Source of the DNA: Eledone cirrhosa
Taxonomy: Eukaryota
Assembly: GCA_964016885.1 (NCBI GenBank)
Contig: OZ024742.1
Location: 94,736,001 to 94,800,000 of the forward strand
Direction of reading: 5' to 3'
Length of the DNA: 64,000 bases
Below, one piece after another: positions 1 through 13,499 of the stretch (within the stretch, counting starts at the first letter, position 1; each line of letters starts with the position of its first letter). The translations under genes were made by a program, and so were the position numbers. Under the pieces are notes generated by a model. The model saw nothing but the letters and a program-made list of their open reading frames with translations, had not been told where the DNA came from and made no database searches.

Positions 1-665
1 TCATATCTTATATACCATCATCACCATTTAACATCCCTTGTGAGACAAGTCAGATCAGACGACAGCTCATAAGCTTGGTTTCTATGGCTCTATGCCCATC
101 CTAATGCCAACCACATTTAGAGTGTGGGCAGGGTGCTTTTTTATCGTGGCACCAAAATGTGTTTTCATATAGTTTCCTATTTTGGTACATACATATTTAT
201 ATCATCTTGCATAATTTATAATCTCTACTCTGTCACATTCCCTCCAGCCTATATTTCAAATAGCAGTTATATTGTCAATTTAAAATATTTTGTTTGATTT
301 TATCTAATCAACATTTGTTATGGTATTTAAGCATTTCTACTCTAATGTCCATTATATAACATTTTTATATTTCATTTTTCATGATCATCCAAAGGTCGAT
401 AACCAGAAAGTGAGTAATGATTTGTGAAGTTTAATTTACCAATAAATGACATCACTTTAATTTAACTCTTTCATTATCATATCATATTTCTAAAGAAAGA
501 TGCAGCCTATGATTTTCAAATAATTTAAAGGAAAATGAAGAATGTTAATGGATCTAGTAATATAACTAACATTTTCATTATTACATTGGTGTTTGGAACA
601 TAACTTTAAAAAATATTCTTCTATAAAATTATGCTGGAAGGATTTTAGTTAGATATTATCATTTA

Positions 666-856
666 TAATGGTTTCTGATTTAGGCACAAGGCCAACAAAT
701 TTGTGGGAGGGAAAACTCAATTAAATCGACCCCAGTGCATTACACATGATTTATTTTATTAACCCCGTAAGGATGAGAAGCAAAGCTAACTTCAGTGGGA
801 ATTGAACTCAGAATGTAAAGAGGCTTGACTATATGCTACAAGCATGGTGTCCAACA
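666..856 (-). mobile_element. tRNA-derived SINE, family A (decayed copy)
   Basis: Contains gcacaaggcc...gaccccag...accccgtaaggatga...ttgaactcag, shared with at least 10 copies in the window; B-box GAGTTCAA on the minus strand. Confidence 0.8.
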
Positions 857-1049
857 CTTTATTTGTAATAAGCAGTTTACTCTCTAATTCACATTTAAAT
901 GTTTACAGAATTCTACAAATAATTTTTATCAGAGCACTGCACACTGAAATTGTAAGTGAAGTAATCCAAAGAATTTTATAAGTAAATTGAAACGATGTGC
1001 TTATTTTAATATTCAAATATCTATTGATATCTTCTTCTTCTTTGCTCAT

Positions 1050-1456
1050 TTATTCCAGTGACGGCTGTGGAGTCAGTGTCATCAGACATTCTTTCCATCA
1101 GGTCCTGTTAGAAGCAACCATCTCCAGCTAGTCCAGCTGGATCCCCAAGTGAGACCAACCAAGCACATGGATGTTATCCAACCATCTTGCTTGGGGTCTA
1201 TCCCTGGGTCTCCTGCCAGTTGGTTTTGCCTGTAAAATCTGTCCAGCAATTCTTTGCTGAGACATTCTAACCACATGCAAATAGTATCAGAGATGGGATC
1301 TCTCAATTCAGAGAAGTAGCAGCTCTACCTGGAGTGACTCTCTGATCTACAAGCTATGCACTCTATGAAGTAACATTCATCCAAAGATCCTTTGGAGGAA
1401 CCCCATTTCACCCACTTGTATTTGTGAGTGTATTCTTTCTGTCATTACCCAAGATT
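1050..1456 (-). mobile_element. RTE-clade LINE, 3' fragment (C-terminal ORF remnant)
   Basis: Minus-strand translation gives WVMTERI..QIQVGEMGFLQRI...HVVRM...KPTGRRPRDRPQARWLDNI, a typical RTE C-terminus, with stops. Confidence 0.75.
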
Positions 1457-2689
1457 ATCATTATTACTATTTTATATATTTATTTCAAAAATGCACATCT
1501 AGAATATATGTACTTAGATTTATATCAAAGAAATATAATTTAATAAACAAAAAAGTGAACCATATGAAACAGAGATTTTCAGTTTGGTAAGATTAGTAAG
1601 ATTCAGAAAATCCACACCAGCTTTCAAAGCTCTTGAAACAAGAATTTAAGATCATCATGCAATTTCTAGTTAATCTATTAATCATCAGTCAAGTTACCAT
1701 ATTTTCATAACATAAACAGAAATACATGTAAGTGACTATTATATAACATTAATGATATGCCCCAAATACCTGGCACATCAACATATTGAACTCCATAAAC
1801 TTAGTTGCTAAAGAAATTGCCACCATCTTGAATAAAGAGAATAGTGTAAATTATTTAGTTCGATACACACAATACAAAATGCACAATGTGAATATTTAAA
1901 ATCTAAATTTATTTCACCCATGATGTCATTCATGCATAGTAATATTAATGGATCCTCCATCAGTTTCAATGATGAGCATTCAGTGGTTCATTTAACTGAA
2001 TGTCCAGATTATGAATTAACATAGAAGAGGTTGAGTATACAAAAAAACAAAAGAAAACAAAACATGAACTGTTAATTTAATTTCCAAGCTGAATCAATGT
2101 GACAAAGTTGAAACTTTGAAATACAGGTACAATCCATCAAATTGGTTTAATAAAGTTTCCATCTACCTAATTTTGCTCACAAGGCTTGGATCAAACTGAG
2201 GTCAAACTGGGAACAAACCAGGCAACCCATGAATGTGAATTAAAGTTTTTAACCGCTCAACCATGCCTGCATACACAGTAATAGTATTGCACATTAATTA
2301 GAATATGCTTGCATCATTTCTATCTAGCCTTCATACATCCTCACCATGTTATGTACATGCTTACTACCATGAAATAGTTTGATATGTACAGAAAAGCATA
2401 ATACATTCTACCATTTTCTGAGAGAGAAAAAACATTTATTATTGTTGTTGTGGTTACAGCTCAAAGCAATGTAGGTTTAGGTAGCTTCCCATGTTGTGGT
2501 ATCTCATATAAGGTTACTCAACTGTTTTAAAGCCAGGATCCCTGTCATATCCTGAAAAGCAATGTAAAATGATTTGGTCAAGAACAACATGAAACCAGGA
2601 CCAGGTATCAAAGCAATGACCATATGATTGTGAGATCAACACACAAACACACACACACACATACACACACACTCGCATATATATATAAT

Positions 2690-3440
2690 CATCAAGATCC
2701 TAGTTTTTATGTCCATTTTCCACACTTGTATGGGTTGGACGGGTCTTTTTCAGCATACAATCTCTCCACATGCTGCCTTCATTTGTCATCTCTGTGAGTC
2801 TCAGTGACATGAGATCCATGCACACCATCTCTGCCCAAATTTTCTTTGGTCACCTCAATAGCAGAAGCTATCAACCCTTTTTGGTGGATCCTTTATGTGA
2901 CTGGAAAAGGTTTATATCACTGACACTCTTTCCCTCAATTACCTCTGTGCATCATTTACATACAAAGTTTTGCCTTCCTGTTAGACTACCCATTATCCTG
3001 CTACATCTCTTGTGTACCGAAGATTTACATCATTTATATCGTATGGAGTTATACCTACTTATTTTCCACATATTGAGCAGGGCCACTTCCTTGGAGGAAT
3101 CAGTGTCCTATCTTCTTTCCTACTTACTAATGATGTTAGTTTTGGCTAAGTTTTCTCTTGGGCCATTTGATTCCAAATTCTTTTTTCCATAGACAGGACT
3201 TATTTTCTAATCCTTTTATAGATTTATCTATAAGGACCAGATCATCTGAATAGAGAAGTTCCCACAGACAGCCATTTTTAAACTCTTCTGTTATGGCCTA
3301 GAGAACGATGATGAACGGCAGTGGATAAGAACTGAATCTTGATGAACCCCTACCTGTACCTTGGATTCGTCACTCATTTCCTAATCTGACTTTATTGACA
3401 ACTCCCCTGTACATGACTTGCCCTGAACTCACTTGAATTC
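2690..3440 (-). mobile_element. RTE LINE fragment (RT region to 3' tail), decayed and internally deleted
   Basis: Homologous to the 59.7-62.3 kb LINE; minus strand encodes a VGVHQDSVL motif and the ADD region. Confidence 0.75.
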
Positions 3441-4311
3441 AGCAAGCCATTTTAAGGTTTTCTAAATACAATATAAAAAGTTAGGCATCATGGTCAGGTT
3501 ATTTCTTCCTTTATACCCACTTTGCTTCATCCAATGCATTGACTAGTACCCTGATATGTGGTCTCCCTAATTTCAGCACTTCAGACTTTATATATGTATA
3601 AACTTATATATATTATATATATCATCATCATTATCATCATTTAAAGTCCATTTTTCCATGCTAGCATGGGTTAGACGATTTGTCCCATTGTGAGACAAGC
3701 CAGATAACCATGTCTTGCTCATACAGAACTGGTTTTGGCTTGGTTTCTATAACTGCTGACAATAGCTTCTGACAGCTGGAATTCAATGCAGGCAAAAACA
3801 TATAGTTTTGACGCCTATGTACATGACCTATTGGCCTCATGTTTATATGTAAACATACCATATGTAATTAGACATACAAAATACATATACTTATATGTAT
3901 ACAGCTATGTTGGATTGAACAACTTATTTCTATTTCTTGTTCAGCCCGAGCCAGCCAACAGCTCCATATGCAAATGAAGTCAATCAGCCCATGTACATAG
4001 ATGTCAAAACTATATGTTTTCACCTATATTGAATTGTAGCAGAAAGTGAGGTAAGTGGAACACCGTTTTGATAATGACCATCAATCAGAAACAATCTACA
4101 GTAATTTCCCCCTTGGGTCTGCTGAAATTTGTTAGATGGAGCTACGCCATCAGCTTTCAAAATTCATAGCTAAAGACATTGATATATATATATATAGTAT
4201 AAGAATGAAAGAACAAAAAATCAGTGTTGCATAATAACATATCTAATAACACATCGCCTACAGATGCAATTATCTTGCACCTATACACCTATATATATAT
4301 ATATATATATA

Positions 4312-4628
4312 GAGGCACATGGCTTAGTGGTTAGAGCATTGGGCTTGCAATCGAAAGGTTGTGAGTTCAATTCTCAGACCGGGTGATGTGTTGTTTCCTT
4401 GAGCAAGACACTTTATTTCACATTGCTCCAGTTTACTCAGCTGTAGAAATGAGATAATAGGACTGGGTTGTGGTTGTGCCACGGCAAAAAAAGCACCCAG
4501 CACTCACTGTAAATGAGGTTGGTGTTAGGAAGGGCATCCAGCTGTAGAAATCGAGCCAGAATCAGTTCCCGTCCCACCCTTGCAAGCAGAGAAAAGCAGA
4601 CGTAAAAAAAAAAAAAAAAAAAAAAAAA
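4312..4628 (+). mobile_element. tRNA-derived CORE-type SINE with RTE-like 3' tail and poly(A)
   Basis: A-box TGGCTTAGTGG, B-box GAGTTCAATTC, CORE-like ccttgagcaagacactt...cagtttactcagctgtagaaatgag; very similar to 37683-38028; flanked by TA tracts. Confidence 0.9.
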
Positions 4629-4644
4629 ATTATATATATATATC

Positions 4645-4872
4645 TTCATCATCGTTTTAACGTTCGGTAAGCCTGCTGGCAAATGTTGGACGTGTCTACA
4701 TAGACAAAGTTAGTACAGAAGCAGTGGGATCTGTCATCTCGCTTATATATAGTCTCACATTCTACCGAGTACACAGGGGAAGATTTCATATCTTTGACAC
4801 TACTGTGGCTCCTCCCAACACTTTGTTTGGCAAGCTTTCTATAGTTGGATGCCCTTCATATCACCAACCACT
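4645..4872 (-). mobile_element. RTE LINE 3' UTR fragment
   Basis: Similar to 40690-41025 and to the reverse complement of 57000-57275, where the same UTR follows an RTE C-terminus. Confidence 0.6.
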
Positions 4873-5319
4873 TATATATTTCGATACTAATATATATACA
4901 TAATCCAACACTATATGCAATACTAAAGGCTTTATCTATAATTAGCAGCAGAACTACCTAAACAATGTAACACTATAATATTTGACTTTTCCACATTTTG
5001 CACCAATTTACAAGTGAGAAGTAGCAGGCTAACTCTATACTTCTTACTACTGTTTCATATTTGATACTGAAACCTGGAAGCAGATTTCATATATCTCAAA
5101 TATCATTAAAACCTAAGTGACTGGTTGATTATCAGCTTGTATCAATTAAAATGTTTGTGTGGACCAGATGGGAGTTGGTTAAAGGAAAAATAAGGAAAAA
5201 TATATATGCTTTTGGATGCACAATTAATGATCTAGAGTGGGTTTTTTTTTTTAATCAGTTGCAAATATATTGCTATTAGCAAAACAGAAGATCTTGTGTT
5301 TATCTTATGATCATTAGGC

Positions 5320-5418
5320 ATATATACATATATATATACATATAAATATACATACACATAAATACATATATATATGCATATATACATACATACACATAAA
5401 TACATATATATACATACA

Positions 5419-5450
<32 letters not shown>

Positions 5451-5455
5451 CATGT

Positions 5456-5491
<36 letters not shown>
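5320..5491. repeat. Compound (TA/TACA) microsatellite
   Basis: Directly visible. Confidence 0.95.
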
Positions 5492-5493
<2 letters not shown>

Positions 5494-6870
5494 CGAAGGA
5501 AATGTGGTAAGGATCCAGGTGGACCATAACGCACCAAAGTACTCAATATTTAGGGTAGTAGAGTGGGTAATAGGAACGAGTAGGACCCCGACGGCTGAGC
5601 TCAAGCTGTTTTGACGGTATTTCATCCAATGTTTGAAAATTTCTACCAATCCACTAACGTGGACTGGTATTATTTTTTATCAACTTCAAAACCATGAAAA
5701 GTAGAATAGACCATAGCAGGATTTGAATGCAGAGCACACAAATCCAGAACAAATAGCAGCTGATGGTTTGACTTATGTGCTAATAATATAGCTAATCCTT
5801 TGACTATGTTTGATGTCAGAGTTAAGATGATATAAAATTGAAATAAATATCAATTTTCCCATAGTATAAACATACCAAGTTCATGTCAGCATGAAAAGAG
5901 GGAGATGAAAATACTGATGATAACTATGTGTGTGTATGTGAGAGTTTATGAATGCCAGGGCAGGCTTTGAGATGCTTTGTAGGGGGCAGCATTTGTTTAA
6001 TCTTCTGAGAAGCTCAGCTTACACTTGATTTCTATTACCAGTTGGAGCAATTCCTCATATCATAGCATAAAACTAATGCTGTTAACTTGTGTATTATTAC
6101 ATAACTCATATGTACTTCATTAAAAACTTCTACCATTCATCTTGATAAGAGATAGATGTACACATTTAAACAGTTGAATTCAGACAAAAGAAAATTCTTG
6201 TAAATAAAAAGACATAAAGAAAAAATGGATAAAAGAGAAAGATGGAAAGAATTTTGGATGACTAAAAGATGGATTTATGAAAACAGTGACATGACTTCTC
6301 AATATCTCGAAAATACAAAAACTTGTAAAATTTACGAGCTTGATTTCTTCAAACAATGCAATGAGAATCTGTGGGAAGTCTGCTGCCATAAATAATAGCA
6401 AAGACATTTAGCATGAAATATCTCTGCTGCAAATAATTGTTTGATCTAGAACATTCTTGGCCAAAGTATGTTTGTTGCATTATTTATATATTTATTTATT
6501 TCTCTATGATAGTTTAAGACAGTTGACACCTCCTCTTTCATTTGCAATAGCTTCATATTCTTGTAGAAATGTATCAGTTTCTTCTCTATAGTCTGAAGAA
6601 AATTCAAGAAAGCGATATGTTTGGTTACTCTGATGCTGTTTCTTGTTAAATTTGGGATATTATCCAAAATTGCTTCATTCACACTTCACACTTGCAATAA
6701 ATTCTTTAGATTTTGATATTTACAACAATGAATAACACAAAAGATCTAACCATATTTGAAGGAGTGCATGTGTGCATCTAGGGTGGGAGTGGCGGGTGGG
6801 GGCAAAAGCTCTAACATATTATTGCTAAAGAATTTCCAAATCAGGATTTTTATAATCCAATAGTAATAAT

Positions 6871-7084
6871 GATTTCAGATTTAGGCATAAGGCTAACCAT
6901 TTTGGGGGAAAAGCGACTAAATTGACCCCAGTTCCTTACTGGTGCTTTATTTTATCAACCCCATAAGGATGAAAGGCAAAGCTAATCTTGGCTGGATTTG
7001 AACTCAGAACATAAAAGGGCACAACTCTATGTGACAAAGCACAGTGTCCAATGCTCTACTGAAACTGCCAATCTACCGCCCTTA
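6871..7084 (-). mobile_element. Full-length SINE family A with 19-bp TSD
   Basis: ataatccaatagtaataat at 6852-6870 and 7085-7103; minus-strand head ggcggtagattggcag and B-box gagttcaaatcc. Confidence 0.9.
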
Positions 7085-7674
7085 ATAATCCAATAGTAAT
7101 AATAATACTTGCTAACTTTTATGGTAGAAAAATTGCGCAAGGTTTCACAATATAAAACTGTATTTTTTAAAGTACTTATATTTGTCTAAAAAATATTTCA
7201 TCATAATATTATGTAAGAAACTGTTTTAAACATGAGATTAATAACGAGAAAGGTAATCATATCACTAATTCCCTTCAAATTTGGGGTTATTTTCAAAAAT
7301 ACTTTATACAATTTGTGACAAGGGTGACCCACTAAAATATAGGTACAACTCACTTTTGACAGCTAAATTAATTGGCGAAATAATGTGTCTTGCTCAAAAA
7401 CACAATATACTACCAAGAACTGACCTGATGATCATATGATCGTGAATCAAAACCTGAACTAATAGGCTTCTTGATTTCACACCAATACTTGCTTACAGGA
7501 AAAGCAGAGGTTAAAATTACAATGATGGTGATGATGGTGATGTAGTGTTAGTGACATGATGATATGCACTTAGTCCACCCTCAGTCTTAAACTCAGATCA
7601 TCTAACGCAATGATGATGACACATACATAAATATATACATACATATATATATATATATATACTCACACACACAC

Positions 7675-7737
<63 letters not shown>

Positions 7738-8696
7738 GTATATATATATATGGGGTTGATAAAATAAAGCACCAGTAATGCGTTGTGATAATTGCTGGCC
7801 TTCTGCCAAAAGTAGAAACAATTATATATATATATATAGGAAAATGTGTGAAATCCTTGGTACAGTTAGGTATATTTAAAAAAAGGAAAAGAATGAAATC
7901 ACTTGTAGTTCTAAACAATTTAATCTCCACACCGATGTTAACAAAGAACTTACTAGATCTAAAAAACCAAATTGTAAAGTCATAATATTATAAACTTAAA
8001 TTAAATTGTTTAGAACTACACTACACTAATCTGCAGTAATCCTTTGCATCCCTCTATATCACACTTAACTACCCCCCTCTGTGATAACACTTAACTATCC
8101 TATGCACCTAATTGTTATTGAGCTCACTCAACAGCCCAGCCCATGAAAGCCAAACATCTGACCTCTCACAATACTGTGCTAAGCCAAAAAACACAAAGTC
8201 CACTCTGTATGATGATCTGGCAGCACAACAACAGCACTCAGCTCACAAGGTAACATGGTAGTTGTTATGAATCACATCCATATGTAGAAATAAAGATCCA
8301 TATGAGCCAGCATGGTCTTTGGACGTGGCTTGTTTCTTAAGCTAACAACCTGTCTAACCCTTGCAAGCGTGGAAAATGGATATTAAATGATAATGATGAT
8401 GATGATATATATATATATATATATATATACCTGGAGTTGCAACCGATAGATAGTATTAGCAATTGGAAAGACCAGCGGAAACATTGTTTCCTCGGTCCGA
8501 AAAAGAAAGAAAAAAAAAAAATACAAGTAAAAAGACACACACTTTAATACTTTTGGAGGATCATGATGCTAACAAAAAATACACACAACTGTTGAGTTTC
8601 TCTTCAGTTTTATTATTAGTAACATCACAATTCTTTCATGACATATTCTATGACCTTAACGACAATTCTTGCTCTTTTTTGATTGGATTTTGTTTT

Positions 8697-8804
<108 letters not shown>

Positions 8805-9453
8805 TCTGACCTTTCCTAACAGGGAAAATGAACACTATATGATGAAGATAATGTTGTATATATATATTTATATATATGACATATATATATATATATATTT
8901 ACATATAAACATAAATACAAAAACATACATACACATGTATGCCTGTAAACATATGCACATATCTACACATGTATGTGTATCTGTGTGAGTGTGCATGCAT
9001 TCAAGCAGATAAAAAATGTGCACATATATGTGTGTATACATTTTGTCTGATTCTTTTTTATGTCTGCAGCTATTTACCTCCATACCTTCACATGACTGCT
9101 AATGACTACCATGGAGTAGGGATGGACCACATATCTACAGTGTAAGGTGTAGTTTGGTGGCTGTTTATATGTGTGTATATTTACTTATGCACATACACTC
9201 ACACATATACATATAATGACTTAGACGCATGCGTGTGTGTGCGTATATATATATATATATATATATGCTAGCGGGAAAATGAGGATAATACTGATATAGA
9301 CATATATATATATATTATGCTATCTATCTATCTATCTATATATATGTGTGTTGTGTCTGCTTATCTATAAACCCAATCACATATATTAATGCATATATGT
9401 ACAAAGGGAAACCAACAGTGAAACACACACACAAATATATATATATATATAGT

Positions 9454-9486
<33 letters not shown>

Positions 9487-9903
9487 GCATAGATGTATAC
9501 ATACACACACACATATATACATATTTTAAATGCATAAAAATACACAAGTATGTCTATAGAGATAGATAGTTAATGCCATGTATAATCTATGTTTAGATGT
9601 AGAAACAAATATACAAGACATAGGTTCAAAGAATGAGATATAAATATGTCTAGGAGTAGCTTATAGAAAAAAGAAAAATATCACCATCATCATTTAACAG
9701 ACGTTAAATGATGATGATGAAGTTGTTTACATAGATGTAACGCCGATTTAGATTTTTTTTTAAATATGTTTTGTTCACAATTGAAATATATACGCTATAT
9801 CTTCTTTTCTTGTACTGGTTTCACTCATTAGTTTGGTCCCAGTACTTACGTTCTTAAATCTGGTACCCAGTTTGTCAAATTGTTGCTATGAAGCACACAC
9901 ACA

Positions 9904-10001
<98 letters not shown>

Positions 10002-10026
10002 TGAAGGTGCATGATTGCTGCTATGA

Positions 10027-10149
<123 letters not shown>

Positions 10150-10420
10150 GAAGGTGCATGGCTTAGTGGCTAGAACATTAGGCTTGCAATCGGAAGGTTG
10201 TGAGTTCGATTCTCAGACCGGGTGATGCGTTGTGTCCTTGAGCAAAACACTTTATTTCACATTGCTCCAGTTTATTCAGCTGTATCAGCCATTCTCTTTC
10301 CTTTGACATCATCGGAGGCTGATATGCATGGGCAACTGCTAGTCTTCTACAAACACTTGTCTGGACTTGTGCCCCGGAGGGAAACTTTCTAGATGCAAAT
10401 CCCATGGTTATTCGTGACCA
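10150..10420 (+). mobile_element. CORE-type SINE with an alternative 3' tail
   Basis: Head and CORE match the 4312 and 37683 copies up to cagctgta; the tail after that is unrelated. Confidence 0.85.
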
Positions 10421-10445
10421 TTGGTTGCCTTTACAATATGATATA

Positions 10446-10609
10446 CGGGTAAAATTCTGTTATAATGAATACAATTATAAAAGATTTTTCAGTATAACGA
10501 AAGTTTTTTCAATCCCTGGCCACATGCTCGATCTCGTTATAAATAATTTTTCATTACAACGAATTATTTTTTTATTGCCCATGAATTTCGCTATAACGGA
10601 CTTTCACTG
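10446..10609. mobile_element. Pogo/Tigger-like MITE
   Basis: Imperfect terminal inverted repeats cgggtaaaattctgttataa / ctataacggactttcactg, internal TATAACG repeats, TA at the left flank. Confidence 0.6.
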
Positions 10610-11431
10610 AATAACATTGATTGATCAACCTGTGGCTATAGTAGACACACTTGCCAAAGTGCTATGTAATGGGTATGAACCTAAAACTATTTGGTTGTAC
10701 AGCAAATCTCTTAGCCACACATTAGAAATGATAGGTGAATGCTGTTGGGGGAGGGGGCATCATGTTACGTCCAATTTCCATACTGATATTGGTTGAATCG
10801 TCTGAGTGAATTTTTATTTGGAATCTTAAATAAGTTAGTGAACCATGTCATTCTTTCACATTTCCTTTTTGGCTTGGTTTCTACATCTTGGTGCAATTCC
10901 TAATGCCAACAACTTTAGAGAGTGTATTGGAAGCAATGTAATGAACAACTGAAGAATTCATCATCAATTTACATCCAAATTCCATACTGATGTGGGTTAG
11001 ATGAATTGCCATTTTCCATATCAGCCATTCATTTTAGTCGCTGGTCTTTAAGATGTATTAAAAGATCACTACTCACTTGTAAATTTTATTTTCGACTTGG
11101 TTTTTATTGCTTGGTGCTCTTTCTAATTCTAACAACTTCACAGAATCTTCTGGATCCATTTTATCATGGCACAAACATTAGAGTTTTTCTTCTCCTAGTT
11201 GTAGTTTGCAATGATACTCTTATATCAGTCAGTGGGCATGACGCCTCCCTGTACAACCATACTGCCTATGTGAGTGACTTTGCCATGACCTACTTTGTTA
11301 GATATCTTAAGCATCTCAACAACTATCCCTGGTGGTTCAGCTACCTTTTGTCCGATCATAAGTTTACTCAATCATAGCTGAACTGGAGCTAATAAATACA
11401 CTTATTCTTAATTCATTAAATTTTTATTCAC

Positions 11432-11674
11432 CTTTGCAGAGACAATTTTCAGCTGTCTTTGAATTAATATGTTATCAGCTAAATGTACATGAACAGCGAA
11501 GACTAATACTCCACGGTATAATAGCATCAATGAATGAAATTTGCATTCAATAGAAACTCATGACCAGCCTAACACATAGAAACGTTCAAAGTAGTAAAAC
11601 GACACATATGTGATTATTGAAAGCATAGCAGAAACGAATTAATTAGTGAAACAACGAGAATTGTATTCAACGAT
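11432..11674 (-). other. Candidate exon (243 nt, probably 5' UTR or start-containing)
   Basis: Minus-strand acceptor tttttttctcttttAG|ATCG and donor AAG|GTGAAT; sequence not repeated elsewhere in the window. Confidence 0.4.
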
Positions 11675-12173
11675 CTAAAAGAGAAAAAAACTTAACTTTG
11701 GAAATCAAACAATATAAAAAACAACCAAATATTTCTTCCACAGAGACATATATTACTAGCAATTGACTTATATATGGAACTTATGAGCATGAGTTATCTC
11801 TAACAGGTCAAGTCGTGAACTCTGTCAAACATCTAGCCCATATTAGCATGGAAACAGGATTTGAAAAGATGATGAACAGAGATTGTTTTAGTGTCACTTT
11901 CAGATTTTATTATCTTAATTATTCAGTTCTGAGTAGTAAACTTAATTAATATATAAACATTTATTAAAACCGTTAAAACATCTTCATTAAAGTATTATAT
12001 TGGTGTATATGTGTGTATAACATGTAACTAGATAAACTCGGATATGGAGAAGTTCATCCAAGATAGAGTCAGCAACAACACACACAACCACGTGTTGTTA
12101 CACACAAGAAAAAACAAAGTATGATGAGACCAATAGAAATATGTACATTTATATCTAAACATCGTGATTATCA

Positions 12174-12358
12174 AGGGCGGTGAATTGGCAGTATCGGTAG
12201 AGGGTTTGACGCCATGCTTTCTAGCATGGTTACGTCCCTTTTACAGAGTTCAAATCCCGCCGAGGTTAACTTTGCCTTTCATCCTTACGAGGTCGATAAA
12301 ATAAACTACCAGTAATGTACTGGTAATTGCTGGCCTTGTGCCTAAAGTAGAAACAGTT
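12174..12358 (+). mobile_element. Full-length SINE family A with TSD attatca
   Basis: Head ggcggtgaattggcagtatcgg, B-box gagttcaaatcc; attatca at 12167-12173 and 12359-12365. Confidence 0.9.
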
Positions 12359-13499
12359 ATTATCATTTACAGATGTCCCTCTGTTTTTACCGTGTTTATA
12401 ACAAAATACATGTTCATTAATACATATGCATGTATATATATATATATATGTGTGCGTGTGTGTGTATGTGAGTGTGTGCACATTTTTGTGATTGCAACAT
12501 GTTTTGGACCGACCAATTCAACCCAAACGAGGTTTTATTTTCAACTATTCCTTTTTTCGCTTGAGTGTGTGCTTTGTTTGAAGCATCTTGACAGTATTTT
12601 TCATAGAACTGCGGATTTTACAATTCAATTGGAACACTTAACTCCCAGGGACATTCGAACGGTTTTTACCATTTATAATCCACGGAGAGGAATGATAAAT
12701 CTTTAAAAGGAAATTTAAAAGGATTGGTTGCGGACTAGAATCAACTGCTACATTCCACTGGCGACAACGCTTGGAACCAGCCTGGAGCAATTGTATCACG
12801 CAATCACATACACAATTACACATTTCTCATAAACTTACACTCACAATTTGAAAAAAAAAAAAAAATGGCCCGGAACTGATACTAGCTTCACAAGAAGAGA
12901 TAACACATGACACCACCCCATCTCCCTCTTGAAATAACCTGAATCTATTTAGAGTCAGATGTGACTGAAATGTGAATTCAATTGCATTTCATTTGTATTT
13001 CACAGAATTAGAAGCTTTGGCCACTTGATAGAATTCAGGTCCCGTAATGTAAACATTCTGTAATTGTAAACATCTTGTATCACAAGCATTCATTCTTTTC
13101 AAAGTGGCCATATTGAAACTATCGCATATGTGTATATATTAAACTTAAGGTAATGCTATATAACGTTATTTATTTGTTTATTTATTTAATGTCACTTTGA
13201 AGTTAATGCGGATTTACCCATATGAAATATTACACAAAACAGCCTTTGAACTTTTACTTCTAATGTTTTTCCTCCTCTTTGCGTGCTCATTGCTCTTTCT
13301 CTTCCACTGTATTTACCTGCCTTTCACATGATCACATTCATCTCCATGCACTCATAATCACCCCCCCCCCTCTTCACTTTTTATTCTTCAATCGGCTAAC
13401 CCCTAACTTCGTCCTCATGCACAGCCCACCAATGTCTCTTCTCGCTAGTGACCCGATGTTTTAATCGATCTATCACCGGCGATTGCTGATTAATTAAGT

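Noticed and set aside
6180-6682. Two adjacent minus-strand ORFs (75 and 78 aa)
   Set aside because: No recognisable motif, separated by stops, no convincing splice sites; an old pseudogene cannot be excluded
8463-8505. TTGGAAA-hairpin-GAAA resembling the U3-A8 motif
   Set aside because: A6 is altered and no helix III or cleavage triplet follows
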